Source: a bacterium
GTDB taxonomy: Bacteria > Hydrothermota > DG-26 > JAUXAN01
Assembly (NCBI GenBank): GCA_030619885.1
Contig: JAUXAN010000003.1
Location: forward strand, 21,958 to 85,957
Reading direction: 5' to 3'
Length of the DNA: 64,000 nt
The notes under the pieces are model-generated. The model was not told the DNA's origin and did not search any database. It worked only from the letters and a program-made list of their open reading frames with translations. Both the position numbers and the translations under genes were made by a program. Below, in pieces: positions 1-8,603 of the stretch. Positions within the stretch are counted from its first letter, which is position 1, and the number at the start of each line of letters is the position of its first letter.

Positions 1-476
1 ACACCAAGACGACATTTGAGATAGTTACAGATGAACTTGGTGCAAAAAATTCTGTTCTGGGTGGTGGAAGATATGACTATCTCGTTGAGGAGTTGGGTGG
101 GGACTCCACACCTGCAATAGGTTGGGCATTTGGTGTTGATAGATTGGTCTTGGCACTCGAGTCAGCAAAATTTAGATTTCCTGACGAGAGTAAAAAATTG
201 ATATTCATTGCATGGACGACTGAAACTGCAAAGAAACAGGCATTCAAAATCGCAAGGCGGTTGAGAACGGAGGAGTTTCGATGTGAAATGAATTATGAGA
301 AGAGTTTAAAAGCACAGTTAAAACTGGCTGATAGATTGGAGGCAAAACTTACCGTAATCGTTGGAACTCATGAATTAAAAGAAGGGAAGGTCATTTTAAG
401 AAATATGGAAGACGGCTCCCAGAGGAAAATAGATATCGAAAAGATAGAATTGGAGTTGAAGCAAATAATGTGTTAA
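1..476 (+). CDS. hisS: Histidine--tRNA ligase, C-terminal part (truncated by window start)
   Basis: Frame is open from the window start: TTFEIVTDELGAKNSVLGGGRYD...PAIGWAFGVDR (class II motif 3), followed by the anticodon-binding domain. Confidence 0.95.
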   Translation, partial: TKTTFEIVTDELGAKNSVLGGGRYDYLVEELGGDSTPAIGWAFGVDRLVLALESAKFRFPDESKKLIFIAWTTETAKKQAFKIARRLRTEEFRCEMNYEKSLKAQLKLADRLEAKLTVIVGTHELKEGKVILRNMEDGSQRKIDIEKIELELKQIMC

Positions 477-478
477 TA

Positions 479-653
479 AACCACAAGATTAACACAGATA
501 AGTGAATACCAGTCCACAGGATCCGTATGGAATGGAGAAGTCAGATTATCAAAAATCAGAAGAACATATATCTGGTGCTCTGATGTCTGAAACCTTATTC
601 TGATACTCTGATGTTCTGATACTCTATTCTTCAATATCTGTGAAAATCTGCGA
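479..653. repeat. Composite intergenic repeat cluster (inverted CACAGAT-type arms, half TCCGTATGGA palindrome, TCTGAT short-period repeats)
   Basis: aaccacaagattaacacagat (479-499) pairs with tatctgtgaaaatctgcg (~635-652); atccgtatggaatgga at 521-536; ttctgatactctgatgttctgatactct at ~598-625. Confidence 0.7.
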
Positions 654-674
654 TAAATTTTATAAAGAAAAAGA

Positions 675-702
675 TTGACTTTTGAAACTAAATTATTATA
701 TT
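675..702 (+). promoter_or_regulatory. Putative sigma70 promoter upstream of the radC remnant and island
   Basis: TTGACT (675-680), 16 nt spacer, TATATT (697-702). Confidence 0.5.
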
Positions 703-793
703 TATCCTAAATAATGCGTAAAGAGAAATTCCAAATACTACTAAATCACATTTGTAATATTATTTTGGGAAATATCCAAAGGCAAAATATAGT

Positions 794-951
794 ATGAAAT
801 ATCCTACAATCAGAGACATGGCATGAGTAAAAAAACGAGAAAACGGCTAATGAAAAAAGGTCTCGAAACCCTAATGGACTCCGAACTTTTGGCAATTCTT
901 TTGGATTCAGAATATAAAGAGAAAAAACAAGCAAGGAGAGAAACATGGTAG
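794..951 (+). pseudogene. radC: RadC/JAB family N-terminal remnant (frameshifted, truncated)
   Basis: 794: MKYPTIRDMA*; frame from 823: KTRKRLMKKGLETLMDSELLAILLDS, matching the RadC N-terminal pattern (RPRERLLxxGxxxLSDxELLAILL); ends at 951, overlapping the next ATG. Confidence 0.75.
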
Positions 952-2522
952 TTAAAAAACTGTCAGTTAGAGAAGAAGAATTCAAGAAGTTTAACATCAC
1001 TGAAGAGCAATTTGGTCCGGTGATGCTTAGCAGATTGGGTAAGGGTCTATATAAAAATTCTTTACATTGTGTTCGTGAATACATTCAAAATGCTGTGGAT
1101 GGAATTAACAAGTTCAATAGGGAATTTCCCGATGATCCAACAGACAAGATCATTAGAATTCAGGCTGAGGGTGATACTATAATTTTTCATGATAATGGAA
1201 TAGGTATGAATAAAGAAGATATTCTTACAGCCATAAGCTTTGGAGTTTCTCTAAAAGAAAGAATATACGACGCTGGTTTTTTGGGAATCGGTATTTTTTC
1301 TGGCGCTGCGATTGCTGATAGGTTACGAATATATACTACCAAGAAGGATGAGGTGAAGGCATTGGTGTTTGAAATTGACTTCAAATACATTGACAAAAAT
1401 TATAAAGAGTACACAAGTGGTCTGAAATTATTGAGGGATGCAACTCAATTTCAAGAAGTGGATGAAGACGAAAACAAACACTATTGCGAAGCCACTCTTT
1501 ATGTAAATAAAGAATATCGATCTTTGCTTAAAAATGATGCAGAGATTAGACGATATATTTCGAATGTTTGTCCAGTAGATTTTCCAGATGAGTTTGAATA
1601 CAAACCAATTATTACCGATTTTTATAAAAAATATGAAATAGAAGATCAAATTTTTGACATTCGATTAAATAAGATTCCCGTTTATCGACCATTTCCAACG
1701 AAAGTTAAAGAACCTGAATTTAAAGAGGTAATACACAAAGGTAAGCGATTGGCTGTATATTGGTACTGTGAAAATAAAAAGAAAGGTGTCATTGAAGGAA
1801 AAGAGAAAAAGAACGAAGATGATATAAGATACATAACTTATAGGTGGCGCAATTTCTTGATAGATGATCCTGACAGGCGAGATTATGCTGCTAGAGAGTT
1901 ATTTAGAGGAAGACCTGAATTGATGAAAAATTATTTTGGAGACATTCATATATTGGACTTGGAGGATATTGAACCTGATTTGGAGAGAACAGGAGTTAGG
2001 CACACAGACACATATAAGCAATTTAAAGGTAGTATTAGAGATAGAAAAAATCCTAACAATATATTACTACTCTATGACCAAGCACACGATGTATCTAAAC
2101 AAAAAACGTTGATGAAGGAAGTTGAAAAAGTCGAAGAAATTTGTAATAAAATCAATGAAAGAAAGCTTCCAACTAAGACGGAAGAACTTTATAAGAAAAA
2201 ATTTGAAATCGAGGAACAGAAAAAGAATATAATGAAAAGGAAAAGGGAGAGCAGGGGCAGGGCTTATGATAAACTTTCAACTCCCGAAAAACAAAAGGTA
2301 GAAAAAAGCATAAAGAAATTAGAGAAGAAAGAGAAGAAAATAGAAAAGCATATTGTTGAATCACAGAAGGATAGGACCAAACCCAAGGAACCCCGTTTTG
2401 ATTCCAAGATTGAGATAAAAATTGAACAGGTATTAAGGATTCTTAAAAGACATCTTAAGAATCATGCAACTCTTTATAATGCTATTATTAAAGATTTAGA
2501 AGCGTTGGTCAAAGGCAAGTAA
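945..2522 (+). CDS. GHKL (HSP90/MORC-like) ATPase with C-terminal coiled coil
   Basis: GHKL motifs VREYIQNAVD, HDNGIGM, GFLGIG; K/E-rich helical C-terminus. Confidence 0.85.
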   Translation: MVVKKLSVREEEFKKFNITEEQFGPVMLSRLGKGLYKNSLHCVREYIQNAVDGINKFNREFPDDPTDKIIRIQAEGDTIIFHDNGIGMNKEDILTAISFGVSLKERIYDAGFLGIGIFSGAAIADRLRIYTTKKDEVKALVFEIDFKYIDKNYKEYTSGLKLLRDATQFQEVDEDENKHYCEATLYVNKEYRSLLKNDAEIRRYISNVCPVDFPDEFEYKPIITDFYKKYEIEDQIFDIRLNKIPVYRPFPTKVKEPEFKEVIHKGKRLAVYWYCENKKKGVIEGKEKKNEDDIRYITYRWRNFLIDDPDRRDYAARELFRGRPELMKNYFGDIHILDLEDIEPDLERTGVRHTDTYKQFKGSIRDRKNPNNILLLYDQAHDVSKQKTLMKEVEKVEEICNKINERKLPTKTEELYKKKFEIEEQKKNIMKRKRESRGRAYDKLSTPEKQKVEKSIKKLEKKEKKIEKHIVESQKDRTKPKEPRFDSKIEIKIEQVLRILKRHLKNHATLYNAIIKDLEALVKGK

Positions 2523-2523
2523 G

Positions 2524-3471
2524 ATGATAGATGTTTTTACTGGAGGTCCAGTTAAGGATAAAATAAGAAAGGAGTTGGATGCTCCACTTATAAAAGAGGT
2601 TAGTAAAGACGGAAAAGAAAAGTTGTCATATTTTGGCCTATCTGGTCCATTGCTCTATGATATTATCGAATGGCAAGACTACTTGAAAGACTTTACAGTA
2701 GTTGAGGAAAGTTATACTGGAAGAAAAGAAAGGAGTATGGAAAGAAACCGCCAAGAGTTACTTCTAAAGAATTCTTTTATTACACAATTACGAGATGGTA
2801 GAGGAGTAATCAATGATTTTCTTGCAGTAATATACGGAGACATTGATAGAGATATCATTCTAAAAGGCAAAGGAGATTTTGGTAAGGAATTACCAAGACA
2901 ACAGTTTGGGCTTATATATCTAGACTACTATGGCGGTATCTTCAAAGCCAAACACAGAGAAGATGCAATCAAGAAACTTATTTCCAATCAGAAAGAAATT
3001 TCTGAAAAGGATTATGATTACGTTTTGCTCATTACAGTGGAAAATTTGGATAAAGGAGAGGCAGAAAAAAGGAAATTAGCGAATGAAATATTGGATAATT
3101 TAAAAAATGCTCGAGTAGAAAATGGGTCTATAGAGAACTTTAATAAGTTTTTACAGGGTTGTAGATATGGGTTATTGCAGAAAATATATGTTCCTATCCA
3201 GATATATTTGTATACAAAGTTTTGTGGAGATGGAATAAAATTTTATGAACCTGTTATTTATCAAGAGAATAAAATCGAGATCAAGAAAAGTGCCGAAATG
3301 CTTCATTTTAGATCTATTATTTCAATTCAGAAAGGAAAAAGGACAACCACGCCTTTAATCAAAGATATAGTAGGTATTTGTAATTTGAAGCTTCTGACTG
3401 TAGAAAATGGTAAAATTGTTCCATACAAAGAGCAATTTCCTGAATTATACCTAAATAAGAAAGCACAATGA
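2524..3471 (+). CDS. Hypothetical protein, putative divergent class I SAM-dependent methyltransferase fold
   Basis: Strand order LSYFGLSG / FTVVEE / VIYGDID / LIYLDYYG / YVLLITV resembles a Rossmann MTase; starts 1 nt after the ATPase stop. Confidence 0.5.
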   Translation: MIDVFTGGPVKDKIRKELDAPLIKEVSKDGKEKLSYFGLSGPLLYDIIEWQDYLKDFTVVEESYTGRKERSMERNRQELLLKNSFITQLRDGRGVINDFLAVIYGDIDRDIILKGKGDFGKELPRQQFGLIYLDYYGGIFKAKHREDAIKKLISNQKEISEKDYDYVLLITVENLDKGEAEKRKLANEILDNLKNARVENGSIENFNKFLQGCRYGLLQKIYVPIQIYLYTKFCGDGIKFYEPVIYQENKIEIKKSAEMLHFRSIISIQKGKRTTTPLIKDIVGICNLKLLTVENGKIVPYKEQFPELYLNKKAQ

Positions 3472-4616
3472 AAAAAAATGTTCTACTTGTTGAACCAGCA
3501 TATAAGAACCCATATCCTCCTTTGGGTATGATGAAAATTTCAACATGGTATAAGAGAAAGGGAAATGATGTCCAGTTTATTAAAGATACCCTCCATAGTC
3601 CCGAACTCGATCGTTTTGATAAGAAAAGGATGTGTTACAAGAAACTCAAGGATTACTATGATATTATATATATAACAAGTTTGTTCACATATCAAGCCCA
3701 TTATGTTATTGCTTCAACAAATTACTACAAAAACAGGTTCCCTGATACTCAAATAAAAGTGGGGGGGATCATGGCAACCCTCATGCCAGAACATATCGAA
3801 AAAAAGACTGGCATAAAACCGCATATTGGGCTACTCCGAGGAGCTGAAAACTGTCCACCAGATTATTCTTTGTACCCTAACCTAGAATATTCGATCACTT
3901 TCACAACTAGGGGATGTCCTAGACATTGTCCTTTCTGTGCCGTAAGGAAGCATGAACCAGAGTTTATTTTAAAAGAAAATTGGTTGGAAGACATTGACAT
4001 TACAAAAAAGGGCATAATTTTCTGGGATAATAATTGGTTTTTTTCACCCAATTTCGAAAAGGATATTAAAAGGCTTATTGAATTTCAGAAAGTAGGAATA
4101 ATCCAAATTGATTTTAATCAAGGTCTAGATTGCAGATTATTTGATGAAGATAAAGCCAAACTTTTGAGCAAAGTAAAGATTAATCCACTGAGATTTGCAT
4201 TTGATAATTGTTCAGAAGACAAATATATACAGAAAGCTATACAGTTGGCTCAAAAATGTAGATTCAAAGACATAAGGGTTTATGTCTTATATAATTTTGA
4301 AGATAATAACGATACACCAGAATACTTTTATTATAGAATCAATGAACTGAATAAATTGGGGGTACTGACATATCCAATGCGTTATCGTCCTTTTAGTCTC
4401 AATGGTCAGTATGTCTCTCCCAAATGGGATAAACAACTGCTAAGGGCTCTAAAATTATCTCTTATGTTCTATTATACGAAAGGAATGATTAGAAAAAGCC
4501 GAGAAGCTTTTAAAGATATCTACGGAAACAATGCTAATGAATTTAAGAATAAATTATATAAGATATATGAGAATGATAAATTAAAAAATAAAAACAAAAC
4601 TGAGGACATAAATTGA
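3468..4616 (+). CDS. Radical SAM protein with N-terminal cobalamin-binding-like domain
   Basis: TTRGCPRHCPFC (CxxxCxxC); N-terminus VLLVEP..YPPLGMMKIS..IYITSLFT..VGG typical of B12-binding radical SAMs; ATGA overlap with the upstream gene. Confidence 0.85.
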   Translation: MKKNVLLVEPAYKNPYPPLGMMKISTWYKRKGNDVQFIKDTLHSPELDRFDKKRMCYKKLKDYYDIIYITSLFTYQAHYVIASTNYYKNRFPDTQIKVGGIMATLMPEHIEKKTGIKPHIGLLRGAENCPPDYSLYPNLEYSITFTTRGCPRHCPFCAVRKHEPEFILKENWLEDIDITKKGIIFWDNNWFFSPNFEKDIKRLIEFQKVGIIQIDFNQGLDCRLFDEDKAKLLSKVKINPLRFAFDNCSEDKYIQKAIQLAQKCRFKDIRVYVLYNFEDNNDTPEYFYYRINELNKLGVLTYPMRYRPFSLNGQYVSPKWDKQLLRALKLSLMFYYTKGMIRKSREAFKDIYGNNANEFKNKLYKIYENDKLKNKNKTEDIN

Positions 4617-4689
4617 AAAACAGATTGAAAGTGAGGATCGCGAGAACCTTTAAATATAAGGTGAGAAAGAAATTGAGATTTTCATCATT

Positions 4690-5727
4690 ATGGGAAAGGT
4701 GAAGGCAACAAGAGAAATATATGAAGGCACATTGCCATTGCTAATACCTGAAAAGGTAAAGCCTGTCAAGCTGCCTATCCGAATAAAATACAAGGAATAT
4801 CCAATGCTTGATGGGTCAAGAAAAAATTTAGTTCAACAGGTTGGAGATGGAGCAATTATCAAGCGATTCGAAAAAACACCAGTGCCTCAAAAGAAAATAG
4901 ATGTAGTATGCCCACATTTTCTTGAACTAAAATGGGCTACTGGTTGTCCTTACGACTGTTCGTGGTGCTACCTAAAAGGGACTTTCCGCTTTTTGCCTTA
5001 CAAGACTAAACCCCATATAAAAGATTTTGATAAGATTAAAAAACATACTCAAGTGTTCTTGGAATATGTCGAAGAGCCTGAAATCTTAAATACAGGTGAG
5101 TTAGCAGATTCACTAATGTATGAAGGAAACAAAAAATCGTTTGTAAATTTTATAGTCCCTTTATTTGAAAATAAAAGTAAACATAAGGTCCTTTTCTTAA
5201 CCAAATCAGATAGAATACAGAATCTCATGAAACTTGATTCTCATAAGCAAGTAATAACAAGTTTTAGCTTGAACGCCATCCCTGTGGCTTGTAAGTGGGA
5301 ACTTAAAGCCCCGTCTGTAAAAAGACGAATAAAGGCCGCAAAAACACTTTATGACGAAGGATTTGAGGTAAGAATACGTATAGATCCTATGGTTCCTATA
5401 GAAAATTGGGAGAAATTATATCTTGAGTTAATTGACGATTTATTTGATTCACTTATACCCGAAAGGATAACTTTGGGTTCTCTTCGTGGATTACAAAGCA
5501 CTATCAACGGGGCAACAGATACATCATGGGTTAAATATCTTTCAGAATATTCAAATTGGGGTAAAAAAATAGATATAAATTCAAGACTTGCTATGTATAA
5601 AAATCTTATTTCATATCTACAAAAGAAACACAATTTTACCAAAGTAGCTTTTTGTAAAGAAAGCGTAGCTGTATGGGAAATACTCAAATTGGATTACAAA
5701 GAAATAAGATGCAACTGTGTTTGGTAA
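4690..5727 (+). CDS. Spore photoproduct lyase-like radical SAM protein
   Basis: ATGCPYDCSWCYL, NTGELADSL, FLTKS and IRIDPM motifs typical of the SplB family. Confidence 0.8.
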   Translation: MGKVKATREIYEGTLPLLIPEKVKPVKLPIRIKYKEYPMLDGSRKNLVQQVGDGAIIKRFEKTPVPQKKIDVVCPHFLELKWATGCPYDCSWCYLKGTFRFLPYKTKPHIKDFDKIKKHTQVFLEYVEEPEILNTGELADSLMYEGNKKSFVNFIVPLFENKSKHKVLFLTKSDRIQNLMKLDSHKQVITSFSLNAIPVACKWELKAPSVKRRIKAAKTLYDEGFEVRIRIDPMVPIENWEKLYLELIDDLFDSLIPERITLGSLRGLQSTINGATDTSWVKYLSEYSNWGKKIDINSRLAMYKNLISYLQKKHNFTKVAFCKESVAVWEILKLDYKEIRCNCVW

Positions 5728-5739
5728 AAAGGATAAACT

Positions 5740-6837
5740 ATGGTTGTTAAAGAAACAATATGGAAGATTGAAGCACATACACAAGCGAAGCACGCCGTAT
5801 TGGACAGATATCTGAAAGCTTGGCTTCCCATAATGAGTAAGTGGAATGGTCGGATTCTTTATATCGACGGTTTTGCAGGGCCAGGTAAATACTTTGATGA
5901 GGAGAATTTGCCAACTATCGATGGGTCTCCACTCATTGCCCTTAATGCAGCAAGAAAACATAAACTTCAGCTAAATGCAGAAATAGTATTCCTTTTTATT
6001 GAAGCAAGACATGATAGGTGTGAATATCTTAAAAGCCTGCTTGAATCAATAGATATACCTAAAAATATGAGATACGAAGTAATAGAAAGCAAATTTGACG
6101 AAACTCTCTCTTCCTTGCTTGATTATCTTGATGAACAGAAGAAAAGGCTTGCTCCAGCTTTCGTATTTATTGATCCATTTGGCTACTCGGATACTCCTTT
6201 TTCACTCATTAAACGAATAACAGAAAATAAAAAATGTGAGGTGCTTATCACATTTATGTATAGTTTTATTAAAAGAGCACTTACTAAATCTGACCAAGAA
6301 GGACATTTAGATAGACTTTTGGGAACTCAAGATTGGAGAAAGGTTCGTAATATCAATATTCCTCTAAAGAGAAAAGAATTTATTCAGCAACTTTATAAGA
6401 AACAACTGGAGGAAGAAGCAAAAATAAAATATGTCCGATTCTTTGAAATGATCAATAAATTCAACCAAACTGAATATTTCCTTTTCTTTGGAACCAATAA
6501 TCTTGAGGGACTTAGACAAATAAACGCTGCCATGTGGAAGGTTGATCCAAAGGGCACATTTCAATTCTCGGATAGAACAAATCCTAACCAAACAGTGCTC
6601 TTCACTCCTGAACCTGACTATAATTTACTTAAAAAGTTAATTGTCCGAGAATTCAGGGGTAAAACAGTTCCAGTTGAAGAAATTGATGAGTTTGTTTTAA
6701 TATCTGGGTTTACTCATTTCAAAAGGAATATTTTGAAGCCAATGGAAAAAGCAAAACCTCATGAGATAGAAATAATTGAGAGCAGTAGGGAGCGGAAAGG
6801 AACTTATCCTCCGGATTCACTTATTAAGTTTTTATGA
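5740..6837 (+). CDS. tcmP: Three-Cys-motif partner protein (TcmP family, methyltransferase-like)
   Basis: HTQAKHAVLDRYLKAW, YIDGFAGPG, FIDPFG, YFLFFGT...MWKVDP signature motifs. Confidence 0.88.
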   Translation: MVVKETIWKIEAHTQAKHAVLDRYLKAWLPIMSKWNGRILYIDGFAGPGKYFDEENLPTIDGSPLIALNAARKHKLQLNAEIVFLFIEARHDRCEYLKSLLESIDIPKNMRYEVIESKFDETLSSLLDYLDEQKKRLAPAFVFIDPFGYSDTPFSLIKRITENKKCEVLITFMYSFIKRALTKSDQEGHLDRLLGTQDWRKVRNINIPLKRKEFIQQLYKKQLEEEAKIKYVRFFEMINKFNQTEYFLFFGTNNLEGLRQINAAMWKVDPKGTFQFSDRTNPNQTVLFTPEPDYNLLKKLIVREFRGKTVPVEEIDEFVLISGFTHFKRNILKPMEKAKPHEIEIIESSRERKGTYPPDSLIKFL

Positions 6838-7043
6838 CTTGGGTAAAAATTATGAAGGCAGATAATACAGAAGTTAAAAACAAATTTTCTGAAAGGCCAA
6901 AGTTACTTAATCGCCCACGTTGTTATACTTACAATCCAAAAGACGGCTGTTTGTATTGCGGGAATAAAACTTTCCGGTATTATTCTTCTGTATTTGGGAA
7001 AAAGTACTATCAATGCGAAAAATGCGGGGGTATAAATCATTAA
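6834..7043 (+). CDS. Small Zn-ribbon protein
   Basis: CLYCG...YQCEKCG; ATGA overlap with the tcmP stop. Confidence 0.55.
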   Translation: MTWVKIMKADNTEVKNKFSERPKLLNRPRCYTYNPKDGCLYCGNKTFRYYSSVFGKKYYQCEKCGGINH

Positions 7044-7189
7044 CTTTGAAATTTCTTGATGTTACTGAAACAAGAAGAATTTGACTGCATAATGAAACTT
7101 AAGCAGTTCAAAAATGATGATGAAATTAACTTATTCTATTCTATCGGGCGAATGACCCCATATTTTCAGTTAATGTATGAGATAGAATT

Positions 7190-7867
7190 ATGAAAGCGTG
7201 TTTTTTTGATTTTGGCGGAACATTGATGGACGACAAGAGTGACAGACTTGCTCATCTGGAGGTCATAAAGAAGATAGAACAGACCTACAAGGTTGAGACC
7301 CCCTCAGAAAAGATACTCTCTCAACTGGAAACATATATAAGATTTTTTGCAGAGAAACGTGCGAAGAGATGGATTAAATCAAAAAGTTTATTTTTAGATT
7401 CTTTTAAAAATATACTCGGTCTTGAAATCGACCCGGATTGGTTTATGAAAATCTACTACGATGCCCATAAACGATGCTGTAAATTATTTCCTTATGCTAA
7501 ACAAGTATTGAAAGATGTGAAAGAGATGGGATGGTATTTGGGGCTCATCTCCGATATAGACGATGAGTATCTGTATTTTCAACTTGGTGAATTTTCTATA
7601 AGCGAAGACATTTTCGATTCGATAACCACATCCGATGCGGTGGGTGTTGGGAAACCGACCCCTTTGATATTCAAAACAGCACTCGATAAATGTGGAGGTG
7701 AGCCAAAAGTTGCTTTCTACATAGGAGATTCGCTTGATAAGGATATAAAAGGGGCAAAGAGGATGGGTATGCAAACGATATGGTTTAAGGGCAATAAACA
7801 CGAAGATGCAGATTATGTGATAAGTCAACTGAATGAAATCCCGCTGATTCTATCTAATGAAGGTTAG
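7190..7867 (+). CDS. HAD-superfamily hydrolase
   Basis: FFDFGGTL, GKP, IGDSLDKDIKGA motifs. Confidence 0.9.
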   Translation: MKACFFDFGGTLMDDKSDRLAHLEVIKKIEQTYKVETPSEKILSQLETYIRFFAEKRAKRWIKSKSLFLDSFKNILGLEIDPDWFMKIYYDAHKRCCKLFPYAKQVLKDVKEMGWYLGLISDIDDEYLYFQLGEFSISEDIFDSITTSDAVGVGKPTPLIFKTALDKCGGEPKVAFYIGDSLDKDIKGAKRMGMQTIWFKGNKHEDADYVISQLNEIPLILSNEG

Positions 7868-8486
7868 CAAACTCGTTTCTTTTCTGAATTCAAAATATCC
7901 ATTTAAAATCTCCTCCAGAGAGCCATTTAAAGTATTGATCTCCACAATTCTATCTCAGCGTACCCGTGATGAAAATACCGAGATTGCATCTTCTAATCTG
8001 TTTTCAAAATATACCACACCCCAGGCTATAGCGGATGCAAGGCTCGAAGATATAGAGAGCCCAATCAAACCAGCAGGTTTTTACAGAGTAAAGGCAAGAA
8101 GGATAAGAGAAATTTCAAGAATCATACTGCGTAGGTTTAATGGTAGGGTGCCGTCTTCTTTTGAAGAACTGCTCACTCTACCAGGGGTAGGGAGAAAGAC
8201 TGCAAATTGTGTTCTGGTATTTGCTTATGGGAAAGATGCACTACCCGTAGATACCCATGTTCATCGTATATCAAACCGCCTCGGTTTAGTCTCGAGCAGA
8301 ACTCCTCATCAGACTGAAGCCAAATTAAAATCTGTAATACCCAAGAGGCATTGGAAACCGATAAACGCACAACTCGTTCAGTTCGGTCGTGAAATATGCA
8401 GACCTATAAATCCACAATGCTCTATCTGTGGACTGAACGCTCTCTGTCAATTTAGAAAAAAGAGACTACAGATTAAACAGAAATAG
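7857..8486 (+). CDS. nth: Endonuclease III
   Basis: HhH LPGVGRKTAN, VDTHV, Fe-S CRPINPQCSICGLNALC. Confidence 0.93.
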   Translation: MKVSKLVSFLNSKYPFKISSREPFKVLISTILSQRTRDENTEIASSNLFSKYTTPQAIADARLEDIESPIKPAGFYRVKARRIREISRIILRRFNGRVPSSFEELLTLPGVGRKTANCVLVFAYGKDALPVDTHVHRISNRLGLVSSRTPHQTEAKLKSVIPKRHWKPINAQLVQFGREICRPINPQCSICGLNALCQFRKKRLQIKQK

Positions 8487-8603
8487 TAAGTTAGAATCTT
8501 TAAGAAAAGTTTTTGAAGGTAACCAAGTGGAAGGAATTTTCTTTTTTTCTCTGTGGGCAATTTTTTTCTTGACATTATCTCTGTTTTATTTTTATTATAT
8601 AAT

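Noticed and set aside
7043-7190. Possible radC C-terminal remnant or att site at the right island edge (…IGR…YF…)
   Set aside because: Similarity too weak to support by eye, and no direct repeat with the left junction found.
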